DNA of 64,000 bases from Schmidtea nova. Taxonomy: Eukaryota. Below the pieces are notes generated by a model, which searched no databases, had not been told where the DNA came from, and saw only the letters and a program-made list of their open reading frames with translations. Positions within the stretch are counted from its first letter, which is position 1; each line of letters opens with the position of its first letter. The stretch lies in the NCBI GenBank assembly GCA_044892505.1, contig CM097883.1, positions 57,722,001 to 57,786,000 on the forward strand, read 5' to 3'. The position numbers and the translations under genes are program-made. Of the stretch, positions 36,700 to 49,795 are shown in pieces.

Positions 36700-37850
36700 A
36701 GACTATCCAATTTTGGAACAAATTTTTCCAGATGAGGAAAACACTCTTTCAGCTTCTACACTGGTGGAATAGTATTTAAATATTCATATACTTTTTGTAA
36801 ATTTATTCCCCGACTTCCTCCTTCTTCGAAAATAGTCATTACTATTTGGTTGAGGATACCCAAAATACAAAATAAAATATAATCAATAAATTTACCTGGG
36901 GGAAAAATTGATGGGATAAATAATGTGATCTTTTGGAGTCCGGAGAAGAAAAAGACACAGTCAAAACTTGGAAAATGAGAAGTTGGAAACAGACAAAAGA
37001 GATCAAACATGAAAGCAAAAACAAAAGTCATTACTAATTAATAAGTACAGAAACGTGAAAGGAATTTGCAAAACGAAAACAAAAACATGTAGAAAGGTAA
37101 AAATCCTGACAGTTTGTCAGATAACAGAAGTGCGGATAAAAGTCGGTTTAAAAAGGAAAATCTGAAATTATCTAGACAACTGTCATAGATAAAACTGGAA
37201 CTGGGAGAAAAACACGAGATGTCCGAGAATCAAAATGGAAAAAGGCAAAATTATCTCAAGTGCCATAAATTTTGATGAGCTATAAAAAGGGAAGGAGTTA
37301 CAATTTTAGACAGGATTTTATAGAGAATATTTTAGTCAGAATTTTAGAGAGCAGAATTTTAGACAGAAGTTGTGAGAGATAGAAAGCGATAGAAGAATTA
37401 GTTGAATTAGAAGTGAAGAGAATTGTAAAGAAACCCGAAGCAAAACTTAAAAAGAAATTTAAAGAAGAGTTGAGAAGAGTTAAGAAGAGACAGAGTGAAG
37501 TTCAGCGTAAAGCCAAGTTAAACCAAGAAAGCAACCAGCTAAATTACCAATTGTTATACCCATCAGTGGTGAGTGATTGTTCGAACCAAGATTATACAAA
37601 AGTGCTATTCTTCACCATCGTGTCGTAATAAGCACCGTATAATCAGTTGTTGGTCTGTTGATTTTGGTCAAGTCAGTGTTAAAGAAAATATATGTGATAT
37701 TCAATAAAGTTTCCAGTGTTAATTGTTATTGTGGTCAATTAAAAGGCACGCTTTAGATTCAGATATTTGATTGGTAACTTTTACCATTTCACCAACAACC
37801 CATAACCCAACAATTTTAATAGTTTGGCCAAATTTCCAGATTGTTTTATT
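36700..37850 (-). pseudogene. hAT transposase C-terminal relic split by a solo LTR
   Basis: Removing 36848-37812 plus one TSD restores the frame NLAKLLKIVMTIFEEGGSRGINLQKVYEYLNTIPP, followed by EAERV in a shifted frame. Confidence 0.7.
36848..37812 (+). mobile_element. Solo LTR (family shared with 55608-56448)
   Basis: Ends (T>G)GTTGAGG...CCCAACA; 4-bp TSD ATTT; TATA-like and AATAAA signals; excision restores the flanking hAT frame. Confidence 0.8.
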
Positions 37851-37877
37851 AATACTTTATGATCAATTACCTTTTCT

Positions 37878-38177
37878 TTATTTATTGCAATTTCTAATCT
37901 TTCTCACATTGAATAGTTTGTATCTATGCTCATTTCTAAAGAATCTGCAGATGATGATATATTATAGAATACTTCATTAGATGTATTACTAGAATCTGAT
38001 AAGCGTTTAAGTCCCTCGAATGACATCAGCCCGCAAATATTACTTTCAAGAGTCCTTCTTTGAGCATCAACTAGTTGTGCTTCTCTTGCTGATTTGACTG
38101 CTGATGCAACACCTCCAGCTGCGGCTTTAGCTGTACCAAGTCCACTAAATATAAATGCGCCGTGTCAACCTTTTTTT
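37878..38177 (-). pseudogene. Maverick small Gly/Ala-rich virion-type protein relic
   Basis: KKG*HGAFIFSGLGTAKAAAGGVASAVKSAREAQL resembles the Polinton GGFLP-LAGL-A-GG-A-IAKAV motif. Confidence 0.6.
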
Positions 38178-38310
38178 ATTTAGATTTTATCTCTTCAATT
38201 TATTTCTTACAAACATATTATAAGCCATTTAAAGTTATGGATCCTAGCTTTCCAGAGTCAATCCATGGTGTATAATAAAAATATTAAAAGTTTTTCTTAA
38301 CATATATTGA

Positions 38311-41260
38311 AATACACTATTTCACAACCCAAAATTCAATTTAGATCATGATGATAATAATTTTACAAATGATGACAAGCAAGAAGATTACTTAAAGATC
38401 GCATTATTAACCAGTTCATTTATCGATTTCAAAAAAGCAGGAAATATAATTTTTCAAAATCGACAATCAAACAACCCATCAGATATATGTAATGCTCCTT
38501 TGTAGTACAAAATCAAAATTGATGATTTAACTGCTGGTGAGGATATTACCTTAGAGCAGGGGTCGGCAAACTATGGCCCGCGGGCTGCATGCTACCCGCT
38601 AGACAATTTTATGCAGCCCTCGAGAAATTATCAACTTGATATTATTTTTGCTTATCAATATGTATAAATACAAAATTCAAAAACTATTTGGCTATTAATT
38701 GCTGTTATTCATCCTCATAATATCTGGCCGTGAATTATTATGTTATTTAATCAATAAACCCAATTTATAGTTTGACTATCTTGTTGTGATTGATATTTAC
38801 TAATAACCAACAACATTACGGATATGAATTGGTCCTAAGAACTCGTTAAAAAATTAAAATCTTTTAAATACTGATTTTTTTATCGAATTGATTTTTCTAT
38901 TCATACAATATTTTAGTTTTTAAAAGTTTATAATACATCAAAAATGAACTCAAATAAATAAAGACAAATTTCAGATGAATGTCGTTCATTTAACAAAGAA
39001 TGGACATGTATGTACTTCTTTACAGATATTGGGAGTAAGGCAGCATGCCTACTATGCCAGGAATCCAGAATACAATCTTAAAAGACATTATCGGTCCAAG
39101 CATAAAGCATATGGAAATAATTTGTCTGAAATGGAATTGAGAAAAAGGGCTGATGAATTAATTATAAGTTTAAAGCAGCAACAAAATGTTTTTATTAAAC
39201 ACTCAAGTATACAGGAAGCAGCAACAAAAGCGATGCGTCTCATATGCTGGCAAAGGCAAATAAGCCATTCTCAGATGGAGAATTCATAAAAATCTGTATG
39301 CTTCAAGTTGTCAATGTTTTGTGTCCACAAGTAAAAGTAAGGTGGAATGCGTTTCTCTTTCCATTAAAACTGTTGCTCGGCGAATTAACGCTATTGGAGA
39401 AAACTTACAAAGTCAGTTATTGAATTGTAGTAAGTTATTTCAATCCTTTTCTATATCCTTGGATAAGAGTACAGACATTCAAAACACCGCCCAGTTGCTT
39501 ATTTTTATCAGAGGAATCAATGAGCAATTCATTGTTACAGAAGAATTATTGTGGAATTATTATGGAATCCATGAAAGATACCACTTCTGGTAAAGATATA
39601 TTCAATTCAGTAAAAAATTACTTTGATAGAATGGGGCTACAGTGGAATAATTTAGACAGCATAACAACTGATGGTGCACCTGCTCTGACAGGTAAACATG
39701 TTGGATTGATCAAACTCCTGAATGACAAAATAAAGAATGAGTATGCAGATCACGAACTAATGGCATTCCATTGTATAATTCTCCAAGAAAGTCTTTGCAA
39801 ATCGGTTCTTAGCTTTAAGCATGTGTCTGATGCAATTGTCATTGTAATTAATTAAATCCCGTAGTCTAAATCACAGACAATTCAAAGCATTATTAGATGA
39901 TTTAGGATGTGAATATTCTGACGACTTGTATCATAATAATGTACGATGTTTGAGTATGGGAATGATGCTAAAAAGAGTATGGAATCTCAGAGATGAAATC
40001 GTGTTATTTTTAGAAATGAAAAATATTAATTGTGAATTTTTGCAATTGGTTAAGACCCCAGAATGGTTGCGTGACTTTGCGTATTTTGTCAATTCTTTTG
40101 ATAAGCTTAATGAAGTTAATGTAAAATTGCAAGGTAAAGGACTTTTTGCACATTATTTATATATTATCATTAAATCATTCGAAGCAAAGCTTGCTCTCTT
40201 TTCAACACAATTAAAAGTGAATAATTTAGCACATTTTCCTTACTTACAAACACAAGTTGTTGATCAAGTAACAGCTATCAAATACAGTCAGCAAATATCA
40301 ACTTTAAAAGAGGAGTTTGCAAGAAGATTTGCTGAATTTAGATCTCTTGAAAATCAATTTAATTTGCTTGTGTGCTCATTTCAAACCGATCCAGAAACTA
40401 CAGCAATTGAACTTCAACTTGAATCGATAGATCTACAAAGTGACTGCACTCTTAAAGAACTATTTCGAATTTCTACACTGACAGAATTTTATTCAGGTTT
40501 AAATGCTAGTAAATTTAGCAAGATAACAAATTTCGCTAGCAGATTTTTCTCAATCTTTGGATCTACTTACATATGTGAGCAAACATTCTCGTGTTTAAAC
40601 ATTAACAAGTTCAAAACAAGGTCGCATCTTACAGATGTGAATTTGCAATCTGTGCTACGAATATGAACAAGTAAATTAGAGGCTGACTATGATGAACTTG
40701 TAGGGAAATTTTCTCAATTACATATATCTCATTACATATATACTCTTAACTTTCATGTATTTATGTCATCAAAATTCAATAAAGACATACGTAATTTATA
40801 TTATCTTATTTTCATGTTAAAATTTTAATTGCTGCTAAAAACAATCAAAACATAAATAACCCCCTTTAAATTTAATTAATAGCCATCACTACCAATTCCA
40901 TTGGGATTCCAGAAATTTTAAAAATCCTTATTCATTGTAATATTGATAAAAATCCACTTGCAAAAAAAGACAAATAAATAATGCGGCCCGCCATTTATGG
41001 AGTTGATGCAAATTTAGCCCACCATCAGAAAAGTTTACCGACCCCTGCCCTAGAGAATTATTTCTTTCCGCGTTTATTTGAAAAGACGTTACTCAAATTA
41101 TGGAGCTCTGAGGTGGAAATTATTCAGAACTCCGGAGATGTTTCAGCTATGTTAAATTTTGTATGAACTGTTAATGATTTTAAAAAATAATATGGAACAT
41201 TATCTGGTAGGGTATCTGATGTTGCAATAAGAGATACAACTGATAAAAATGATAACCCTT
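38311..41260 (+). pseudogene. Maverick major-capsid-like gene relic interrupted by the SPIN-like element
   Basis: LFHNPKFNL...LLTSSFIDFKKAGNIIFQNRQSNNPSD...DITLE | NYFFPRLFEK...EVEIIQNSGDVSAMLNFV is in frame once 38557-41055 is removed. Family assignment is from recalled motif resemblance. Confidence 0.65.
38557..41047 (+). mobile_element. SPIN/Charlie-like hAT transposon with decayed transposase (~38942-40666)
   Basis: TIRs CAGGGGTCGGCAAAC / GTTTACCGACCCCTG; TSD CCTTAGAG / CCCTAGAG; fragments ECRSFNKEW, LDKSTDIQNTAQL, TTDGAPAL and FGSTYICEQTFS across frameshifts. Confidence 0.93.
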
Positions 41261-41914
41261 AATGGAACATTAAAGAATATGATTTTTAAACCAAGGATGG
41301 GAAGTCGGAGTCGGAGTTGAGGAGTCGAGGAGTCGATATCGGATTCCGAGTCGATTAAAATTAATCTACTCTACGACTCCTTATTCACTTCGGAAAAAAA
41401 TGAATTAGACTTCTCTCTATTTCACGCACATATGTTTAAGTTACGAAATATCTGAATGCTAATCAAATAAAATGCACACCAGGTCCCAGATTTGCGGTCT
41501 AAAAACGAACAATGCATGGATACAGAGTGAGGGATAGTTTTACTATACTAGAGCCCAAAGGAGATAAAAAATAATGTGTCTAGAGAGAAAATTTATTCAA
41601 TCTTGGACTATGAATCGGAAACGGGAATCGGATATCTTTCAGAAATCGGAATCGGTAATATTTCCACGATTTCTGAACTTTTTGATGCCTATTGTAATGT
41701 TAAAAGAAAATATTCTAAAATCCATATCTCCGGTAATATTTATCGTATAACAATAAGATTAACACTTTGAAATTGCTAGTAGCTTTCTCTATCATTACAA
41801 TGCAATACACCGTTCTTCAAACAAAATTTAATAGTGACAGTCTTATTTCAAAGTCTGACCATTTTTCCATTTTTACCATTTTTACCCTTTCATGGAGTCG
41901 ATTGTTTTCCAAAC

Positions 41915-43010
41915 TTTAAACAATTCACAGAGCGAGGTAATTGAGTTTTGGTTGATATATTAGATGAATTGGCAGAGAATTGTCATCTAAAAATTCATTG
42001 TAAGGTGAGTCCAAATGGAGCTAGGAAACATGCAGAAATATACATAAGATAATGGGGAAATATAATAATTAGAATTCAACATTGGAAGAGAAGAATAAAT
42101 TTAAAGTTGGTGATAGGGTACGAATAGTCAAATAGAAGAGTAAGTTAGAAAAGAATATACATATGTAGTGTACTTGATCGGAATTATTTTTATTTTTTAT
42201 TATCAATTATGATAATTGTGTGTTGGCATTATTCTGATTTTTAGTTCTAATCCCCTCCCCCATTTGGAGTTACCCTTTCATGGTGTATTTAAAGTTTTTA
42301 GTCGTCTCGTGATTTTTAGAAAATAACAAAATAATTTTTTTAAAAATTCAAAAAAAAAAACAATTCCCATAGTAAACGAAATCCTACAGGAATTGACTGG
42401 GAAATAAAATAGATTAAAAAATTATTATCGTTATGGAAAATAAGAAATTACTAAAACCAAATCAAATAACTATAGAAAACAAAATTTTCAGAAACTATTG
42501 AAATACGAATTAATAAAATCAAAAAGAAGAAATTCGAAATTTGTTAAAAGGAACTATAAAGAAAATTTATGCTTTTCGAGAATTAACTGTGATTATGCAA
42601 GTAATAATACGTTCTTTTATTGTACTATATTTAATAAAAGTTTGCTATAAATATTGTTCTGTTGTTTATTCTATATTGTAAAACACACAATCACGCACAC
42701 ACACAAACCATCGACACAACATTCACCCAGCTGTCCCAAGACAGATTTTTACTGGAGATTCTGCTGGGCTCTTACAATCTCCCACAATAAATATCTACAA
42801 ATAACAAAATTAAAAAATAGTTTTAATCACTGAAGTTAACAAATTGTCGCTCTCGACAACTGTTACAACATACAATTGGTCTTAAGAAATATTTGTTGTT
42901 GATAAAGTTTTCGATACTAAGCCAACAACTTATAAAATCAAAGGTTTAAATAATGAAGAAATCTTGGTTAGATTTTATAGTAATGAACCAAACAAAACTG
43001 ACTTTTAGAT
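41915..43010 (+). pseudogene. Maverick retroviral-type integrase C-terminal relic
   Basis: VDILDEL..., FKVGDRVRI, KEYT|YNWS and EIFVVDKVFDTKPTTYKI...FYSNE; interrupted by a solo LTR. Confidence 0.8.
42164..42867. mobile_element. Solo LTR (704 bp)
   Basis: Termini TGTAGTG...TGTTACA; perfect 5-bp TSD ACATA; excision restores the integrase YTYNW. Confidence 0.88.
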
Positions 43011-43059
43011 AACAGGAAAACTTTAATAATTCATAGGATGAAAATATATTAGTCGAGCA

Positions 43060-43655
43060 GGGTATGGTAGAAAATATTGAAAAAGATGCAGAAACCTGTT
43101 GTTAAAGCTCTTGAAACCTTAGAAGTTAAAAAAAATTGAGGAAGCAAAAATATTTAATGTTGACTAAAAACTCCCCTACATATGTAAATGGTGAACTTAC
43201 TAAAATGTATAATACTACTTTACAATTAACCAAGCAGGAAGGTCAGATATATTTAACTGATACAAAACCAACTAAGGATGATGAGTTTACAACCTATGAA
43301 CTTACTCCAGTTTTGAAATCGTTAACAGAAGGAAAAGGAGAAGAAATTCTGGAACAAAAAGAAATTGAAAATCATTTAAAAATAACTAAAGACAGAACAA
43401 TGAAGTACATAAAAGAGTTGAAAACACTTCTTACAGTTCCTGCTGTTTCTTCTGATCCTGTTGTTGAGGAACCAGATAAAAGAGAAGGAATTTAAAAAAT
43501 AAATTTTCTACCAGATAATCCTATTAGCCTTTTTGTTGAATTAAGGTAATTACTAGCTGCAGAAAAGACTGGCCATAATAATGTATATAATGAAGGTAAT
43601 GCAATATGTAAACATTTGAATGAAATCCGACAAATTACAAATGAGAAATATTAGA
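43060..43655 (+). pseudogene. Maverick accessory ORF relic
   Basis: ORF 43136..43495 followed by FLPDNPISLFVELR*LLAAEKTGHNNVYNE, matching the Polinton D-P-EL..L.LL.A...GN...NE motif. Confidence 0.65.
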
Positions 43656-43789
43656 AAATAATAAAGAAATAGTTTCATTAGAATATTATCTTTGAGAGTA
43701 GCTAGTAAAATGTGGTATGATGAGCATACCCAGGTAGAAACATGTATAATATGATTATAATTCTTAGGGGATATTATGCATATTTGTAT

Positions 43790-44340
43790 ATTTCCCGGGG
43801 AAACATACACATATTTACGTACGTCATTATTCTGACTGACTTTTCTGAATCCGGCGTGAAGATCAATAGTTCTTACTACTCCAACATCGTGCAGCAAGCA
43901 AGGAAGGCACGACGCAAGAGCAGAGTGTGTGATCTCTATTATTTACACGATAATGCTCCCATCCACACCAGCTGCGTTTCCATGGCCAAAATTGAGCGTT
44001 GCGGGCTCAATTTGCTTCCCCATCCACCATACAGCCCCGATTTGGCTCCCTCCGATTTTTTCCTGTTTAACCATCTTAAGAAGCATCTGCGGGGCCAGGT
44101 GTTTGCCAACAAACATTAGTTGAGAGCAGCCGTGGAGAGTTTTCTGGGAGAAAAGCCTCCAGAATTCTTCAAAAACGCCTTCGAAAACCTCGTTATTCGC
44201 TGGGAAAATTGTGTCAATGCAGAAGGAAATTATTTTGAGAAATGATGCCTATTTACCATGCTTGTTCTAAATACAAAGTTTTGTGTTGATATCTTAAGTC
44301 TTTCTATTTTGGTCTCACGACTTATTGGGCGCACCACGTA
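43790..44340 (+). mobile_element. 5'-truncated mariner (DD34D) element
   Basis: HDNAPIH, HPPYSPDLAPSDFFLF and RWENCVNAEGNYFEK* (stop 44243-44245); one internal TAG at 44117; right TIR ending ...GCGCACCACGTA. Confidence 0.9.
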
Positions 44341-45189
44341 TATTTCTCGGCTCCCACAGCTCATTGTTTCTGACAACAACTTTAAAAGCATAATTTTAAC
44401 CAAATACTCTTGTTTTTAGTTAAAGAAAATATCTTCCTATTAAAAAAAGATTATTATTATTCACTGATTATAAGCTGTAAAAACTGTTAGCCGAGGGCGC
44501 CCAGAAATATATGTAAAGATGCATATATTTCCTTAAGAAACTTACAAATTTCCGTGATTTACCCTCAGAAATAAACGCACATTTACTTATATTTCTGCCA
44601 TGGTATGGTCGGGATAGGTCATTTTACTGTCTACTCATCTTCAATCTTTCGCGCTTATTTGATTTGATTTCTATAAGTGCTGAGAATCTAAATTTTCAAA
44701 TAACAGTAACGTTTGAATTGCGTTTTTAGTTAGTTGTGGGTATTCGTTTTGAAGTCACCTCAAGAAAGCTGAAAGCTCTTTTCCAATTAATGAATTTTGT
44801 GGATCAAATGGTTTTTCAAGTCAATTAGATTTGTTTGAAGCAATGTCAGAGAATAATTTTCATAAGTACTTTGGATCTTAATTTTTTGGACATTTTATTG
44901 TCCAGCTTTCTGAGATATTGACATATATTTATCCACAGGTGTGCCTTGTTGTAAAATAAATTAGTAATGACTGTTAGGAAAAAAATATTAAACTTAGACT
45001 CTAAAAGAATGAAAGTTTAGGAATTTCGATTTTTTCGATATAATTTGAATAAATTCTTATGTTTCAACAAAGTAGTCATGAAATATTTTATTTTAATATA
45101 ATATATTAATATTTAATTTTAATATTTTCATTTAATATATTAATATTTTATTTTAATATTTTAATTTAATATCATAATTATTTTTATTG

Positions 45190-45425
45190 TTTTTGTTTCA
45201 CCTTTGATCTTTTTTTAATATTAATATCAATAATTCCCATAATGGATGACTAGATCAAATTTTCTTTAAATAAGTACACAATATTTCGGCACAACCTTTA
45301 TCAAGTGTGTATTTCATATTTCAAATGCACACTTGACAAAAACTGTGCCGAAATATTGTGTACTTATTTAAAGAAATTTCGATCTATAGTCATCCATTAT
45401 GGGAATTATTAATATTAATATTAAT
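45190..45425. repeat. Hairpin repeat family A copy (longer centre)
   Basis: Same leader and arms; another leader plus left arm at 45895-46022 runs into a gap. Confidence 0.9.
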
Positions 45426-46383
45426 TTAATATTTTATTTTAATGTTTTAATTTAATATTTTAATATTTTATTTTAATATTTTAAACTCAATTATTTATCT
45501 TTTTATGTTCACAAATAATACGTTTCCTATATTTAGAATTGCTATGTTCTTTTCTCTGATTTTACAAACAATTATAAAATAAATGTGTTAATTTATGATT
45601 CATAATTTATGCAATTCGTGACAATTAGGAGTGAGATATGAATGTTAAAAGACCGCTTTTTATCTATATTTAAAAATCTTAAAACATAAAGTGTAAAATT
45701 TTTATTTTTTAATGCATTTTTAAGAATTGAAATTTATACAACGCCAGTAAAACAATTTTATGCTAATTACCAAATTGATTAAATACTTTTCTCTTTTAAC
45801 TTATCGTTATTCATTATATGTGTCACAGTAAAAGTATGAATGTACACATTTACTAGTAAATGTATAAATATAATAATTATAAATATAATAATAATAATCA
45901 TAATTATCTTTTTGTTTCACCTTTGATCTTTTTTTATTATTAATATCAATAATTCCCATAATGACTATAGATCAAAATTTCTTTAAACAAGTACACAATA
46001 ATTCGCCACAGCCTTTATCAATTTTGATATATAGCCNNNNNNNNNNNNNNNNNNNNNNNNNNNNNNNNNNNNNNNNNNNNNNNNNNNNNNNNNNNNNNNN
46101 NNNNNNNNNNNNNNNNNNNNNNNNNNNNNNNNNNNNNNNNNNNNNNNNNNNNNNNNNNNNNNNNNNNNNNNNNNNNNNNNNNNNNNNNNNNNNNNNNNNN
46201 NNNNNNNNNNNNNNNNNNNNNNNNNNNNNNNNNNNNNNNNNNNNNNNNNNNNNNNNNNNNNNNNNNNNNNNNNNNNNNNNNNNNNNNNNNNNNNNNNNNN
46301 NNNNNNNNNNNNNNNNNNNNNNNNNNNNNNNNNNNNNNNNNNNNNNNNNNNNNNNNNNNNNNNNNNNNNNNNNNNNNNNNNNN

Positions 46384-46495
46384 ATAAGTAACAAAATAAG
46401 CCTTTCCTGCAAAAAAAAATATATTTTATAATCGAAAACTTTCTCACTTAATAAAATTGTTTTTGCAGCAAAGGCTTATTTTGTTACTTATTTAT
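46384..46495. repeat. Hairpin repeat family B
   Basis: ATAAGTAACAAAATAAGCCTTT...AAAGGCTTATTTTGTTACTTAT; the same arm occurs at 57056, 58407 and ~62820. Confidence 0.8.
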
Positions 46496-48299
46496 TAATT
46501 TATTTAATACTTAATGCTGCTACCNNNNNNNNNNNNNNNNNNNNNNNNNNNNNNNNNNNNNNNNNNNNNNNNNNNNNNNNNNNNNNNNNNNNNNNNNNNN
46601 NNNNNNNNNNNNNNNNNNNNNNNNNNNNNNNNNNNNNNNNNNNNNNNNNNNNNNNNNNNNNNNNNNNNNNNNNNNNNNNNNNNNNNNNNNNNNNNNNNNN
46701 NNNNNNNNNNNNNNNNNNNNNNNNNNNNNNNNNNNNNNNNNNNNNNNNNNNNNNNNNNNNNNNNNNNNNNNNNNNNNNNNNNNNNNNNNNNNNNNNNNNN
46801 NNNNNNNNNNNNNNNNNNNNNNNNNNNNNNNNNNNNNNNNNNNNNNNNNNNNNNNNNNNNNNNNNNNNNNNNNNNNNNNNNNNNNNNNNNNNNNNNNNNN
46901 NNNNNNNNNNNNNNNNNNNNNNNNNNNNNNNNNNNNNNNNNNNNNNNNNNNNNNNNNNNNNNNNNNNNNNNNNNNNNNNNNNNNNNNNNNNNNNNNNNNN
47001 NNNNNNNNNNNNNNNNNNNNNNNNNNNNNNNNNNNNNNNNNNNNNNNNNNTAATAATGAACTATATAAATACAAATTCTGCTCAAAATTATGCATACTCC
47101 AGTAAAAATGGTTATTTTTATTAAAAAATCGGAAAATATGTGTGACTATTAAGAATTCTATGGAATATATGGTGGATAACATTTTTTAAATACGTATTTA
47201 TATCGAGGATGCTCTTAGTGAGGTAAATTCTACCGAATTATTAAATAATTTTAATTTTAATTTGCCCACTATCTAAGGACAGCACTTAAACCAATCAAAT
47301 TAATAGTAAAGCACCTTAGTCGGGAAGATTCCACTTTAGCTTCCTCTGACTTAGCTAGTAGTTCTATGAAAGAAAATAACAGAAGCTATTATTTCAAAAT
47401 GTTCTGAATTATTGAAAAATATATCAAAACACATTGAGGATCTTTTAAATCTCAATGGTTGTTACATTGGTTGTAACCTGTATAAAATGAAAATTTAAAC
47501 AAATTGAAGCAGCAATTCCCCTTGTTCAAAAACACCGACAAAAGAAATTAAAATTTGCAGAAACTTTTTGAATAGCTATTAACTAATAAGCTTACGTCAA
47601 CCGGTGAAGCAAGAACATTTTTGTTGTCTGCCAGCTTTTCTGTAAAACATTGCTCTTGTTTATCCGACAAATCGCTAAATTTGCTTTTGTTTTTGAATGC
47701 TTTTTATTTAAACCAAAATAATTAAAAATGNNNNNNNNNNNNNNNNNNNNNNNNNNNNNNNNNNNNNNNNNNNNNNNNNNNNNNNNNNNNNNNNNNNNNN
47801 NNNNNNNNNNNNNNNNNNNNNNNNNNNNNNNNNNNNNNNNNNNNNNNNNNNNNNNNNNNNNAATTTCATTACTATAATTTCAAATGCAGTTTATTAAATC
47901 ATAATAATTAAAATTTTAAAATTTGTGTTTTTTTTTGTATCAATAACTTTCATATTTAAAAGAAAATTAAATAAAAAGAGATCAAAGGTAAAACCAAATG
48001 ATATTTATTTGTTTTTGTATTTGGAATCAAATTCGAATTCGGACTCGGTGATTCTCAATATTTAGGGAGCCAGACTCGGTGAATCCTTAAATACCGAATC
48101 TTCAAAAACTCTTATTAAGTTGTTGCCAAAATAACGGCTGTTTTGCATTTTTGAAATTGTATAAATATTTTCCTAATAAAAACTATTTTTCTGACCAGCT
48201 ATTGCATATCCTTCTATTGCGGAAACAACGCAAAATATTATCAAAGCATGAAAAAGGAAACCAATCCATAATGTATTACACTTTGTTGGTTTACAAGCA

Positions 48300-49400
48300 G
48301 TAACACCCTTGAAGATAAATAAGACCAGGGACATCCATTAAACAATCAATTGAAGGCAATAATTAAAATAGACTCGCACAAATCTACCAAAGAAATTGCT
48401 AAAGAACTGTAAGTCGACCATTCAACAATCGCTCACAATTTGACACAACTTTGAAAATTAGGAAGCTTGATAGTCTATGTTCTCATGGTCTAAACCAGGG
48501 TTTCTTAAACTATGGGTCGCGACCCCTAATAGGGTCACTTAGCAAAATCTTGGGGTCGCGAAATTTTAATGTAAAATATTTAAATACTCGAATTTATAAA
48601 ATCTAGAAATTTAATTGTGACATAATCACACTCGCAATTTTTAATTTTATATTTTTGTAAGTTTCTAAATAAATTCTAAAACTATATTTTTTCATATGTA
48701 TTTATATTGTTACCTAATCAATAAATCACCACAGAATATTTATATTTTTCGTTTATATTTATATGGGGTCACCAAAAACTCACAATCATAAAAGGGGTCG
48801 TGAATGAAAAAAGTTTAAGAAGCCCTGGTCTAAACGAACATTAAATATTTCGTCGTTTCAAGGTTTTGACTTCTCTCATATTCCGCAGCAATAATGACAC
48901 ATTCCTCGGCCAAATTGTGACTTGCGACGGTAAATTGGCTCATTTATGGCTCAGGGGTTAGTTTGAAATGAAAATCCCTAAATTGAATCAAAAGAAGATA
49001 ATGAGGATGATTTAAAGGTCTGCAGTGTGACTGATTCACCACGATTTCTTAAATCCATGCGAAACGATAACTGCAGAAAATTATTGTTGCCAAATCAATG
49101 AGATGTATCAGGAATTACATGCAGCATTAATAATTAGAAATATACCAATTCTTCTCCACGATAACGCCCGCACACTTGTCACAGAATCACGGGATTCCTC
49201 CAACAGACCAGAATTCACCGGTTTCACGCCAACCCAATACCACTTATCCAAACACCTTAACAACTTCTTGCACATGAAATGCTGCAAAACACACCTTTCG
49301 AGAATTTGTCGAGTCCAGAACCCCAGAGCTTTACAAAATTGGAATCATAAAACATGTATCACGGTGCCAAAAGTATATTTATTCTAACTGATTTTACTTC
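48300..49400 (+). pseudogene. Degenerate mariner relic interrupted by a hAT MITE
   Basis: DSHKSTKEIAKEL, IVTCDGK and LLHDNAR fragments. Confidence 0.7.
48496..48827. mobile_element. hAT MITE (332 bp)
   Basis: TIRs CAGGGTTTCTTAAACT / AGTTTAAGAAGCCCTG; perfect 8-bp TSD GTCTAAAC. Confidence 0.92.
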
Positions 49401-49524
49401 TATTAATAAAGATAAATATCAATCAAGTTATTTTATTTTAAACCAATCCTTGTAAATCAGCCTAACACCCTTGCAAGTATATATTTTTTCAAAGTCAAAT
49501 TTTCTAACTCTATTTTTTTAAATT

Positions 49525-49795
49525 ATAATATCATAATTATCTTTTGGTTTCAACTTTGATCTCTTTTTATTTATATCAATAATTATCATAATTTTATGAC
49601 TATAGATCAAATATTTGATTTTTGATTTTTTGTTTGGTAAGTACACGATATTTCGGCACAGCCTTTATCAAGTGTGTTTTTCATTGACAAAGGCTGTGCC
49701 GAAATATCGGCTACTTAACAACTAAAAAACACAAAAAAAGAATATCTTTGATCTATAGTCATACAATTATGAAAATTATTAATATAATTAAATTA
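49525..49795. repeat. Hairpin repeat family A copy
   Basis: Leader plus arms around TTTATCAAGTGTGTTTTTCATTGACAAAGG. Confidence 0.88.
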
